Shown here: positions 9,392-17,953 of the stretch, piece after piece | Numbering within the stretch: position 1 is the first letter of the stretch | Layout of the letters: the number at the start of each line of letters is the position of its first letter | Virus record (IMG/VR): IMGVR_UViG_3300025635_000129 | Span: 1-27,923 of that record | Strand: one strand, 5' to 3' | DNA length: 27,923 bases | Source of the DNA: a virus | Lineage: Duplodnaviria > Caudoviricetes | Program-made: the position numbers and the translations under genes | The notes under the pieces: generated by a model | The model's database searches: none | Seen by the model: only the letters and a program-made list of their open reading frames with translations | What the model was told of the DNA's origin: nothing

Positions 9392-9825
9392 AAAAATATC
9401 TAGTAATAAAATTAGCTAGTGGTTCAGATGTGATTGGTGAATTGGCACCACCTAAAACTGAAACGTCTAAGAAGATTTTATTGAAACACCCGATGTTGAT
9501 CATCACGACTACTCTAAACACAGGATCAACTGTCGTGATTTTAAGATCGTATGCACTGCTGGCAAAAAATGATCAAGTGTCATTTGATCAAAATCAAATC
9601 ATAACAAGCTATGAACCAGAGAAGATCTTCATTGATTACTATAATGTAATGTATGAATACAATAATAAATTCATAAATGAAGATATGTTGAAAGGTATGA
9701 AATCTGCAGTCGCTTTGATTGATGAAGTCGTTAAAAATGGAAGCGCTGACTGGCCTTCGAGTGAAAAGTATGAAAAATCTTTAGAATATTGGGAGTCGCT
9801 CATGAAATCGGACAAGAAGCACTGA
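9388..9825 (+). CDS. Hypothetical protein between uvsW and gp55
   Basis: IKL.SG.D.IG N-terminus; overlap-coupled on both sides. Confidence 0.75.
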   Translation: MKKYLVIKLASGSDVIGELAPPKTETSKKILLKHPMLIITTTLNTGSTVVILRSYALLAKNDQVSFDQNQIITSYEPEKIFIDYYNVMYEYNNKFINEDMLKGMKSAVALIDEVVKNGSADWPSSEKYEKSLEYWESLMKSDKKH

Positions 9826-10409
9826 TGAAACCAGCACACTACGTCGACAATAAAAAGCTTCTTGAAGAACTTACAGCACACCGCGAAGCAGTTCAACAAG
9901 CAAAAGCACAACATAAAAAGAAACCAAAGCTGTCAGACTACGTAGGCAAATGTATATTGCTGATAGCTAATAAGTTATCAAATCGCCCAAACTTCATCAA
10001 CTATCCGTTTAAAGATGAAATGATAAGCGATGGTATAGAGAATTGCTTGATGTACATCGACAACTTTGATCCGAATAAATCAAGCAATCCTTTTGCCTAC
10101 ATCACACAGATTGTGTATTTTGCTTTTATCAGGAGAATAACTCGTGAAAAGAAGCACCTGTATACAAAGCATAAGATGATTGAGAGATCAATGATCTTCA
10201 ATGAATTAGCTACTCAAAGTGAATACAATGAACAAACTGAGCAATCATTTTTTGAAAATGAACACATGAATGATTTTGTAAGATCATTTGAAGAAACTAA
10301 CTTTAAGAAGAAAAAGAAGAAGATCGTTGGCATTGAAAAGTTCATTGAAGAAGACATCACTACACTTGAAAAAGAAATACTGAATGACGCAGATAGCATT
10401 AATAACTGA
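9825..10409 (+). CDS. gp55: Late transcription sigma factor
   Basis: HYVDNK, RPNFINY, MISDGIENC, NFDP.KS.NPFAY.TQI; true start ATG 9825 (TGATG). Confidence 0.96.
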   Translation: MKPAHYVDNKKLLEELTAHREAVQQAKAQHKKKPKLSDYVGKCILLIANKLSNRPNFINYPFKDEMISDGIENCLMYIDNFDPNKSSNPFAYITQIVYFAFIRRITREKKHLYTKHKMIERSMIFNELATQSEYNEQTEQSFFENEHMNDFVRSFEETNFKKKKKKIVGIEKFIEEDITTLEKEILNDADSINN

Positions 10410-11442
10410 TACTCATTGGGGAGTTCGCGGGGACAGCCCGATCTTTGCAGAACATATCTCAAAGTTTTATGAAGAAGTATTCTTTCCATATCTTGAAAAG
10501 CACAACATCAACTTCATCATTCATTTAGGTGACATTGTTGATCGTCGAAAGTACATTAACTTTGTCACAGCAAGAAATCTGTTGAAAGATTTTATCGAAC
10601 CAATCAGACGCAATAACAAATTCTTGTATGCATTGATTGGCAATCATGATACTTTTTACAAGAATACAAATGAAGTTAACTCGATGGATGTACTCTACGG
10701 AGATCGAGCAGGATTTACCTATGTGTCAGAGCCAATTGAAATCAATCTAGATTGTAAGATACTATTGATGCCTTGGATATGCACAGAGAACTATCAAAGA
10801 TGCATGGACATGATAGCTAATACTGATGCTCAGGTGTTGTTTGGACATCTTGAACTCAAAGGCTTTGAGATGTACAAGGGACAACCAAACGATCATGGGT
10901 TTGAATCAAGCTTATTTGACAAGTTTGATATGGTGTGCTCAGGTCACTTTCATCACAAGTCTAGTCGAGGAAACATTCATTACCTAGGAGCACCGTATGA
11001 GATGACGTGGTCAGACTACGATGATCCCCGCGGGTTTCATGTATTTGATACTAAAACACGTCAACTTACATTTGTACAGAATCCTAATAACATCTTCCAC
11101 AAGATACATTATAATGATGCAAACTTAACCCTTGAAGATATATTGGTGTCAGATTATAATCAGTATAAGAATTGTGTTATTAAAGTCATCATCAAAAATA
11201 AATCAAACCCGCATCTATTTGATATGTTCATAGACAAGATAGAAAAAGCAGGTGTTGCAGATCTACAAGTCGTCGAAGATCACTTGAACTTGAATCTAGA
11301 AATCGATGATGATATTCTTAAAGATGCAGAAGACACACTTACTATGTTAACGAAGTATGCTACACAAGTAAGTAAAGATAAATCAAAGCAACTTAGTAAA
11401 TTTTTACATGAGTTGTACAGCGAAGCTTTGACTGTGGAATGA
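10384..11442 (+). CDS. gp47: Recombination endonuclease (Mre11/SbcD-like)
   Basis: DTHWG, LGD..DRR, GNHD, GH, SGHFH metallophosphoesterase motifs. Confidence 0.96.
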   Translation: MTQIALITDTHWGVRGDSPIFAEHISKFYEEVFFPYLEKHNINFIIHLGDIVDRRKYINFVTARNLLKDFIEPIRRNNKFLYALIGNHDTFYKNTNEVNSMDVLYGDRAGFTYVSEPIEINLDCKILLMPWICTENYQRCMDMIANTDAQVLFGHLELKGFEMYKGQPNDHGFESSLFDKFDMVCSGHFHHKSSRGNIHYLGAPYEMTWSDYDDPRGFHVFDTKTRQLTFVQNPNNIFHKIHYNDANLTLEDILVSDYNQYKNCVIKVIIKNKSNPHLFDMFIDKIEKAGVADLQVVEDHLNLNLEIDDDILKDAEDTLTMLTKYATQVSKDKSKQLSKFLHELYSEALTVE

Positions 11443-11443
11443 T

Positions 11444-13162
11444 ATGTCTATAACATTTTCTAAATTAAAATGGAAGAATTTCTTAAGTACAGGTAATGTA
11501 TTTACAGAAATAAACCTAAAAAAATCAAATACCACTCTCATCGTAGGTGAAAATGGATCGGGCAAATCAACTATGCTCGATGCTTTGTCGTTTGCATTAT
11601 ATGGCAAACCATTTAGAAAAATCAATAAACCTCAGTTAATGAACACCATCAATAACAAAAACATGATGGTTGAAGTTGAGTTTGAGAGTTCTGGTAAACA
11701 ATACAAAATCGTTCGTGGAATAAAGCCGACAGTATTTGAGATTTATCAAGACGGCACATTAGTAAATCAAAATGCTGAGATGAAAGAGTATCAAGAAACT
11801 CTTGAAAAACATATTCTTAAGCTCAATCACAAGTCTTTTTCACAGATCGTTATATTAGGATCAGCTTCATTTACTCCGTTCATGCAACTTCCTGCCGCTC
11901 ATCGAAGAGAAGTCATTGAGGATCTTCTTGACATACAGATATTCTCGACAATGAATACACTTTTAAAAGGAAAGATACAACAAACCAAAGAAGAGTTAGC
12001 AATGATGGACATGCAGATTGCTTTATCTGAACAAAAGATGGATATGCATAAGCTGAACATCCAGAATCTCAAAAATAATAATGAAGAGCTGATCGAGTCT
12101 TATAATGAAAAGATTTCAATCGAGCAAGATACTTATTCAAAGCTTTCAATTGAACATCAAACGCTTACGGATGAAATTAATAGATTGAATGAAACTATTG
12201 TTGATAAAGATAAAAACTTTTCTCGTCTTAGAAAAATACAACAATTGTATGATAATTTAACCGATAAAAAGATAAAGTTAGCAAATGATATATCTTTTTA
12301 TCATGATAATGATAATTGCCCAACTTGTAAACAAAACTTACAAGTTGAATTTAAGTCTCATAAAATAGATGAAAAAAATGAACAAGTCAATGAAATTGAT
12401 CAAGCTTTCATCAAACTTGATGAAGAAAGAGAGTCTGCGCTAGCTAGAGAAACTGAGATCAATCAAACACAAGAACAAATTAACTCTTTAACAAAACAAG
12501 TAACAGATATGTTTCAAAAGATGAATATATGTAAAGCTACTATACAATCACTAGAAACTAACATAATTCACATTAAAAATCAGTCTAAGAAGATAGAAGA
12601 AGATGCCAGTGTTTTAGAAGAACTTAGTAACGAAATAAATGCCAAAATACAGCAAAAAAATGAAATAGCAGAAAAAAAGACATTACAGGATATTGCGGCA
12701 TCTATATTGAAAGATAATGGTATAAAAACAAAAATAATAAAGCAATACATACCGATCATGAACAAGTTGATAAATAAATATCTAGCGAGTATGGATTTCT
12801 TTGTAAATTTTGAATTGAATGAAAATTTTGAAGAAAAGATTAAATCAAGATACAGGGATGAATTTAGTTATGAATCTTTTTCAGAAGGTGAAAAACTCAG
12901 AATTGATTTGGCATTGTTGTTTACATGGAGAGCTATTGCTAAACTACGTAACAGTGCTAGCACTAATCTTCTTATCATGGACGAGATATTCGATTCATCA
13001 TTAGATAATTCAGGAACAGACGAATTCTTGAAGATTCTTCAATCATTCACCAACGATACAAATATATTTGTTATTTCGCATAAAGGCGATTCATTGTATG
13101 ATAAATTTCATTCCGTAATTAAATTTGAAAAGAAAAAGAACTTCAGTAAAATTGCAGCATGA
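11444..13162 (+). CDS. gp46: Recombination ATPase (Rad50/SbcC-like)
   Basis: GENGSGKST, CPTC zinc hook, FSEGE signature, LIMDE Walker B, ISH. Confidence 0.97.
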   Translation: MSITFSKLKWKNFLSTGNVFTEINLKKSNTTLIVGENGSGKSTMLDALSFALYGKPFRKINKPQLMNTINNKNMMVEVEFESSGKQYKIVRGIKPTVFEIYQDGTLVNQNAEMKEYQETLEKHILKLNHKSFSQIVILGSASFTPFMQLPAAHRREVIEDLLDIQIFSTMNTLLKGKIQQTKEELAMMDMQIALSEQKMDMHKLNIQNLKNNNEELIESYNEKISIEQDTYSKLSIEHQTLTDEINRLNETIVDKDKNFSRLRKIQQLYDNLTDKKIKLANDISFYHDNDNCPTCKQNLQVEFKSHKIDEKNEQVNEIDQAFIKLDEERESALARETEINQTQEQINSLTKQVTDMFQKMNICKATIQSLETNIIHIKNQSKKIEEDASVLEELSNEINAKIQQKNEIAEKKTLQDIAASILKDNGIKTKIIKQYIPIMNKLINKYLASMDFFVNFELNENFEEKIKSRYRDEFSYESFSEGEKLRIDLALLFTWRAIAKLRNSASTNLLIMDEIFDSSLDNSGTDEFLKILQSFTNDTNIFVISHKGDSLYDKFHSVIKFEKKKNFSKIAA

Positions 13163-13485
13163 TAATGAAGTATAACTTATTCGATATTGGTGGAGACATC
13201 ATTAAAGATGATGAATTTGGTATTGTCCGTGAAAATAAACAACTTGGAAATATCTGGATAAATTCATTTCTTTTATATAGAAATAAGTCTACTAAACATT
13301 TCAAATACCCAAACATAGATACTGTTTATGTTTTTATCAGCGGAAGGGGTATATTTGAATTAGAAAAAGATATAATATATGTAAACAGTAATGATATCGT
13401 TCTAGTTCCTGAAAAGTCTTTGCACAGAATAATAAATAACGGCGATATACATATGAAATTTTTAGTGCTAAAGGAAACAGTATAA
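13159..13485 (+). CDS. Cupin-domain protein
   Basis: VYVFISGRG and DIVLVP...LHRIIN cupin motifs. Confidence 0.7.
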   Translation: MIMKYNLFDIGGDIIKDDEFGIVRENKQLGNIWINSFLLYRNKSTKHFKYPNIDTVYVFISGRGIFELEKDIIYVNSNDIVLVPEKSLHRIINNGDIHMKFLVLKETV

Positions 13486-13486
13486 T

Positions 13487-14029
13487 ATGACAGATGAAAT
13501 AGTATTTGAACCTTATACGTTGATTGAAAGTAATCACCCGCTACTCCATACTAAAATTCAACCATTTGATTTTAGTAATCCCGAAATAGATCCAGTTGTT
13601 CTAGCGAATCGCTTAATTGTAACGATGAATAACCACAGTGGATTGGGCTTATCTGCAAATCAATGCGGCCTTCCATATAGAGTATTCGTCATGAGGGCTG
13701 AGCCAACAAAAGTTTGTTTCAATCCTAAACTTCTTGCTGAATCTGATGAAGTCGTATCTCTTCAAGAAGGGTGTCTATCTTATCCATTTTTATTTGTAAA
13801 AATAAAAAGACCAAGCATTATTCGTGTTAGATATGCAGACGCTTTCGGTGAAGTGCATACTGAAAGATTTATAGGAATGACTGCTCGTTGTTTCTTACAT
13901 GAATATGATCATTTAGAAGGAATAAACTATCTAAGTAGAGCAAACCCAGTATACGTACAACGAGGAAAACGATCCCAGCTAAAGATACAAAGAAGATTAA
14001 AAGCAGCACCTATGATGGAGGTAATATGA
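13487..14029 (+). CDS. def: Peptide deformylase
   Basis: All three PDF motifs: GLGLSANQCG, EGCLS, HEYDH. Confidence 0.95.
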   Translation: MTDEIVFEPYTLIESNHPLLHTKIQPFDFSNPEIDPVVLANRLIVTMNNHSGLGLSANQCGLPYRVFVMRAEPTKVCFNPKLLAESDEVVSLQEGCLSYPFLFVKIKRPSIIRVRYADAFGEVHTERFIGMTARCFLHEYDHLEGINYLSRANPVYVQRGKRSQLKIQRRLKAAPMMEVI

Positions 14030-14220
14030 AACCATACATATTAAAAAATGAAGAAGGAGAACCATTTGCAGAAGGATTAGTTTTAACCGATGGTAGATGC
14101 TTTATTTCATTTTTAAAAGCAGATTACACATTTGTATATGACAATATACAAATGTTGATAATGATGCATGGAAATGAAGGAAGTAATGTGATTGAATATC
14201 CATATGATAAAGAAATTTAA
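14026..14220 (+). CDS. Small hypothetical protein
   Basis: GGAGG SD and ATGA overlap with def. Confidence 0.65.
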   Translation: MKPYILKNEEGEPFAEGLVLTDGRCFISFLKADYTFVYDNIQMLIMMHGNEGSNVIEYPYDKEI

Positions 14221-14239
14221 ATAAAAAAGGAAAAAATAA

Positions 14240-14911
14240 ATGAAGAAGATTATTTTTGCAGCACTATGTGTTTTTGCCCTAACAGCTAATGCTGAAGACT
14301 TCGAGTTTGTAGAAAACAATATAACTCTTGAACATGGACCACTAGCTTATACATTACGTACTTATTTCAGTGAAGACTATGACCATCATGAAGTAAAGTA
14401 TGCTTTTGGCAACGGGCTAGTTGCTGGATTTAGATATGCAGAAGATGAACTTGGTGAGAACAGTGGAATCAATGGCGATCCTGGATATCAAGTCAATGGT
14501 GTAACTGTTGATGGCTTAGATAAGAAAGTTTGGGAATATCGTCCTTGGCTTGAATATGTAGGTCTATCTTGGCAGGTGACTGATCGTTGGTCTTTCCGAG
14601 TTCGTCCACGTATCGAATACAGAAAGTTTGATGTTGAAGATGATGTTGTCGATGCTAGAGATGATTACGTTCGTTTCCGTGCTGGTGCTTGGACTTACTA
14701 TAAGCTAGATGACAAGTTCACTTCTTGGGCGAGCGTTGACTTTTACAACAACGTCTCAGAGACTTCGTTTGAACAGAGCCGTTATCAGGTAGGAGTTGAT
14801 TATAAGATTGACGATAACATTTCAGTCGGTCCGTATGTAGAAACCAGACTTGACAATGATTGGAATACTAATTATACAATGCTTGCTACGCAATTGAAAG
14901 TTAGTTTCTAA
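14240..14911 (+). CDS. Outer-membrane beta-barrel / small porin-like protein (KdgM/DUF2490-like)
   Basis: Signal peptide ending ANA, alternating amphipathic aromatic strands, C-terminal Phe (LKVSF). Confidence 0.75.
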   Translation: MKKIIFAALCVFALTANAEDFEFVENNITLEHGPLAYTLRTYFSEDYDHHEVKYAFGNGLVAGFRYAEDELGENSGINGDPGYQVNGVTVDGLDKKVWEYRPWLEYVGLSWQVTDRWSFRVRPRIEYRKFDVEDDVVDARDDYVRFRAGAWTYYKLDDKFTSWASVDFYNNVSETSFEQSRYQVGVDYKIDDNISVGPYVETRLDNDWNTNYTMLATQLKVSF

Positions 14912-14922
14912 TATTATTTATG

Positions 14923-14950
14923 AATAGGCCCTTCGGGGCCTATTTACTTT
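14923..14950 (+). terminator. Rho-independent terminator (cUUCGg)
   Basis: AATAGGCCC-TTCG-GGGCCTATT then TACTTT. Confidence 0.85.
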
Positions 14951-14971
14951 TATCTTAAAGTAAGATATAGT
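14943..14971 (+). promoter_or_regulatory. Early-type promoter TTTACT-N17-TATAGT
   Basis: Same architecture as 7434; at the head of the modification cluster. Confidence 0.55.
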
Positions 14972-15184
14972 ATGAAACCAATACCAAATTTTCTAAGTGT
15001 ATTTGAACAAAAGTTAGAAAAACTAAAAGATAAAATCAAAGAAGAAATTTATAAACCTAAGAAAGAAAGATCAAAGAAAGTATTGAAAGAATTTCTTCAT
15101 GAAGCAAAAGATTTGAAACATTTAATTAATAGTATTAACGAACAATATGAAAAACGATGTCCCCATTGTGGAGGTAAATTATGA
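14972..15184 (+). CDS. Basic coiled-coil protein with C-terminal CPHCG knuckle
   Basis: 70-aa ORF, ATGA overlap with next gene; start uncertain (no SD). Confidence 0.55.
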   Translation: MKPIPNFLSVFEQKLEKLKDKIKEEIYKPKKERSKKVLKEFLHEAKDLKHLINSINEQYEKRCPHCGGKL

Positions 15185-15579
15185 GTAAGAATTGGGTTAA
15201 AGACATTGCGCAAATGCATGAAAAGTATGGCGTCAATGAAAAAGTAAATGAATTTGATAATGAAAAGCTTATTGAATTTGCAAGGTTTCGTATTAAATTT
15301 CTTGAGGAAGAACTAAATGAACTTAAGACTGCTAAGTCGCCTGAAGACGTGGTGGATGCATTGGTCGATCTTTGTGTGGTTGCGATTGGTACGTTAGATT
15401 CTTTTGGTGTTGATTCGTATAAAGCTTGGAATCGAGTGCACAGCGCTAATATGAAGAAAGAAGTTGGCGTCAAGGAATCTCGGCCTAATCCTCTCGGTTT
15501 GCCTGATCTTATCAAGCCTAAAGGATGGCGTGCTCCCTCTCATAAGAATAATACGGGTAAATTTTCAAAGTTATTCTAA
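15181..15579 (+). CDS. MazG-like all-alpha NTP pyrophosphohydrolase (DR2231/PRA-PH type)
   Basis: EELNEL...DALVDL acidic motif, VH.ANM.K, LIKP.GW..P. Confidence 0.85.
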   Translation: MSKNWVKDIAQMHEKYGVNEKVNEFDNEKLIEFARFRIKFLEEELNELKTAKSPEDVVDALVDLCVVAIGTLDSFGVDSYKAWNRVHSANMKKEVGVKESRPNPLGLPDLIKPKGWRAPSHKNNTGKFSKLF

Positions 15580-16019
15580 TGAATAGAGCACAAAAAATTG
15601 TTAGAATTGGTAGCATTGGTGAGATGCTCGTAAAGTCTGCATTGCTTAATGCAGGGCATCAAGTAGCTCTAAGCGAGAATCGTTTTGATTCTGTTAAAGA
15701 TATGACTATCAACAATGATACGACAGTAGAAGTAAAGACACTTGTATCCATTAAAAAATATAATGCATTTGCATTAGGTTCATCACAATGGAGAAAATGT
15801 GATGAAGTTGATCATTTATTTTTTGTAGAAATCCCGTCAAAAGAAGATGATCCCATAACTATATGGGAGTCTAAGAAACCAAGAACGTTCTTTACTCAGT
15901 ATTTCAATGGCGATACATGTAGAATGTATACAAAAGATGATTTACATATTTATGAAAATGTATATAATAAAGCAATAAGCAAAGAGCTCTGTGAGTTGTC
16001 TCCATCAAAATACAGGTGA
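15579..16019 (+). CDS. Putative PD-(D/E)XK nuclease
   Basis: G..GE helix, then D(MTI)...VEVKT, typical of the restriction-endonuclease-like fold. Confidence 0.6.
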   Translation: MNRAQKIVRIGSIGEMLVKSALLNAGHQVALSENRFDSVKDMTINNDTTVEVKTLVSIKKYNAFALGSSQWRKCDEVDHLFFVEIPSKEDDPITIWESKKPRTFFTQYFNGDTCRMYTKDDLHIYENVYNKAISKELCELSPSKYR

Positions 16020-16022
16020 ATC

Positions 16023-16475
16023 ATGAAAGAATCTATTAAAGTATTGAATGAGTGTATTGATCTTCAGACAAAGAAATCAAATGATTATCAAAACCCAAAC
16101 TCAAATGTAGTGCAAGCGATGCATTATCGTCGTGGTATCGACACCATTCATGATACCATTCAAGGTAAAGTTTATCGAGCACAGTCTTTACTCGAAGCAG
16201 CAGCTCATAACAATCCTAATTTTGAATCTCTAGAAGATACATACAAAGACATCATCAACTATTGTTCATTTGCTGTATCATGGCTTAGGTTTAAGATGGA
16301 AGGCCAAAATCAATTCCGAGACATTTTCAATCGAAAAATTGAACCAACTTCAACCGAAGAATTTCATGAATCGATTGAAGATGAACCTTACTATGCCGAT
16401 TGTAAGAGTAAGAATCCAAATCGTATGTGCTCTGATTGTGATTGCTGGAAAATGACTAGAATGAGTTGTGGCTGA
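16023..16475 (+). CDS. DUF1599-like nucleotide-modification-associated alpha-helical protein with Cys-rich tail
   Basis: KK.NDY and ESLEDT..D..NY motifs; tail CKSKNPNRMCSDCDCWK. Confidence 0.65.
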   Translation: MKESIKVLNECIDLQTKKSNDYQNPNSNVVQAMHYRRGIDTIHDTIQGKVYRAQSLLEAAAHNNPNFESLEDTYKDIINYCSFAVSWLRFKMEGQNQFRDIFNRKIEPTSTEEFHESIEDEPYYADCKSKNPNRMCSDCDCWKMTRMSCG

Positions 16476-17122
16476 TGGACACAGTTAAACACATACGTAA
16501 TTATTTTGTTGATGCTCTGATTAATCAACAATTTATTATTGACAAGACAGGCGTCAAGACTATAGAACTTGTTGCAGCACAGTTCATTGCAGATGAACCA
16601 TGTATCTTTGGCACTATTGATAATGACTATATTCAACGCGAGCTTGAATGGTATAAATCTGAGTCATTGAATGTAAATGACATCCCGGGTGGTGCGCCAA
16701 AAGTATGGAAAGATGTAGCTGATATACACGGTTACATTAATTCAAACTATGGTTGGTGCATATATAATGGTGAGAATGGTAATCAATATGAAAATGTTCT
16801 AAATGAATTGAGAGAACAGCCAAATTCTCGTCGTGCCATCATGATCTACACAAGACCTCATATGCATTATGATTATAAGTTTCTTGGCATGAATGATTTC
16901 ATGTGTACTAATGCGGTTCAATATTTGATCCGAGATGATAAGCTACATGCACTTGTCAACATGAGATCAAATGATGTAATCTACGGGTATAAGAATGATT
17001 TCGCATGGCAACAATATGTAGCACTTCAATTGTGCGATGAACTTGGAATCCAACTTGGAGATATAATATGGAATGTGGGATCTCTCCACGTCTACGAGAG
17101 ACACTTTCATCTGATAAAATGA
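16475..17122 (+). CDS. gp42: dCMP hydroxymethylase (thymidylate-synthase fold)
   Basis: NSNYGW, SRRA, DFMCTN.VQYLIRD, MRSNDV..G..ND.AWQ, WNVGSLHVY closely match T4 gp42; Asp at the dCMP-specificity position; start ATG 16475. Confidence 0.88.
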   Translation: MDTVKHIRNYFVDALINQQFIIDKTGVKTIELVAAQFIADEPCIFGTIDNDYIQRELEWYKSESLNVNDIPGGAPKVWKDVADIHGYINSNYGWCIYNGENGNQYENVLNELREQPNSRRAIMIYTRPHMHYDYKFLGMNDFMCTNAVQYLIRDDKLHALVNMRSNDVIYGYKNDFAWQQYVALQLCDELGIQLGDIIWNVGSLHVYERHFHLIK

Positions 17123-17589
17123 TTGTGTCAAATTGGGATCACAAGTATTGTGAGTTGGCCAAACATATCTCAACTTGGTCTAAAGACCCATCTACTTGTG
17201 TAGGTGCTGTGACTGTTGGTGAGCATGGCCAAATATTATCACAGGGCTATAATGGGTTTCCGCGTGGTATCAGAGATACTTCTAAAAGACTCTCTGAAAG
17301 AGAAGAAAAGTATAAGTATATTGTCCATGCAGAGATGAACTGTATCTATAATGCTTCATTGAATGGTATCTCGCTCAATCAATCTACCTTATACGTGTAT
17401 GGTTTGCCTGTATGCTCTGAGTGTGCCAAAGGTGTGATTCAGGTTGGCATCAAACGTGTCATCATATATACACCAGAAGTTTCATTAGAAGAATTTTCTG
17501 GCCGATGGCTTGATTCATTTGCTATTTCAAAGAGTATGTTTGATGAAGTAGGTGTGGAGTATCAATGGTATGATTCAGGATATATCTAG
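17119..17589 (+). CDS. cd: dCMP deaminase
   Basis: SKDPST.VGA, GYNG.PRG, HAE.N, PVCSECAK; start ATG 17119. Confidence 0.92.
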   Translation: MIVSNWDHKYCELAKHISTWSKDPSTCVGAVTVGEHGQILSQGYNGFPRGIRDTSKRLSEREEKYKYIVHAEMNCIYNASLNGISLNQSTLYVYGLPVCSECAKGVIQVGIKRVIIYTPEVSLEEFSGRWLDSFAISKSMFDEVGVEYQWYDSGYI

Positions 17590-17953
17590 AGTTATAGTTG
17601 TAGGAATCAACCCATCAAATAGACATACCCGCGTAAGAGTATATAAGAACTCAACATTCTCTACACTACTTAGATGGATGGATCATCTGGGTATTAAGAA
17701 TTTCTCTTTCATCAATTGTATTGATGTGCGTGGTGAATACAAAAGCAATAAAATTGACTATAACTTGCTCGAGAAAAGTATAAATAAAAAATATAAAGTA
17801 TTAGCTCTTGGTGACTTCCCGTCTAAAGCTTTGAAGAAGTTAAATATAGATCATTTTAAGCTACCTCACCCGTCACCAAGGAATCGTCAATTAAACGACA
17901 AAGTATTTGAATCATTAATATTAGAAGAGTGTAGAAGTTATATTTATGATTAA
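17570..17953 (+). CDS. Minimal uracil-DNA glycosylase superfamily protein
   Basis: VIVVGINPS (motif A), VLALG, LPHPSPRN (motif B); start ATG 17570 after GGAG. Confidence 0.75.
   Translation: MIQDISRVIVVGINPSNRHTRVRVYKNSTFSTLLRWMDHLGIKNFSFINCIDVRGEYKSNKIDYNLLEKSINKKYKVLALGDFPSKALKKLNIDHFKLPHPSPRNRQLNDKVFESLILEECRSYIYD

Noticed and set aside
9789-9824. Extended N-termini from the ORF track (also at 2420, 16466, 17068, 17552, 22616, 23945)
   Set aside because: Downstream ATGs with SD or stop-start overlaps fit the family N-termini better
16475-17122. Ordinary thymidylate synthase
   Set aside because: It has the gp42-type ND.AWQ Asp and DFMCT context instead of the thyA Asn and LPPCH; a related C5-hydroxylating variant cannot be excluded from sequence alone
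17779-17786. Exact TATAAATA inside the UDG-like gene, 160 nt before agt
   Set aside because: Intragenic AT-only 8-mers can occur by chance in AT-rich DNA; no independent support
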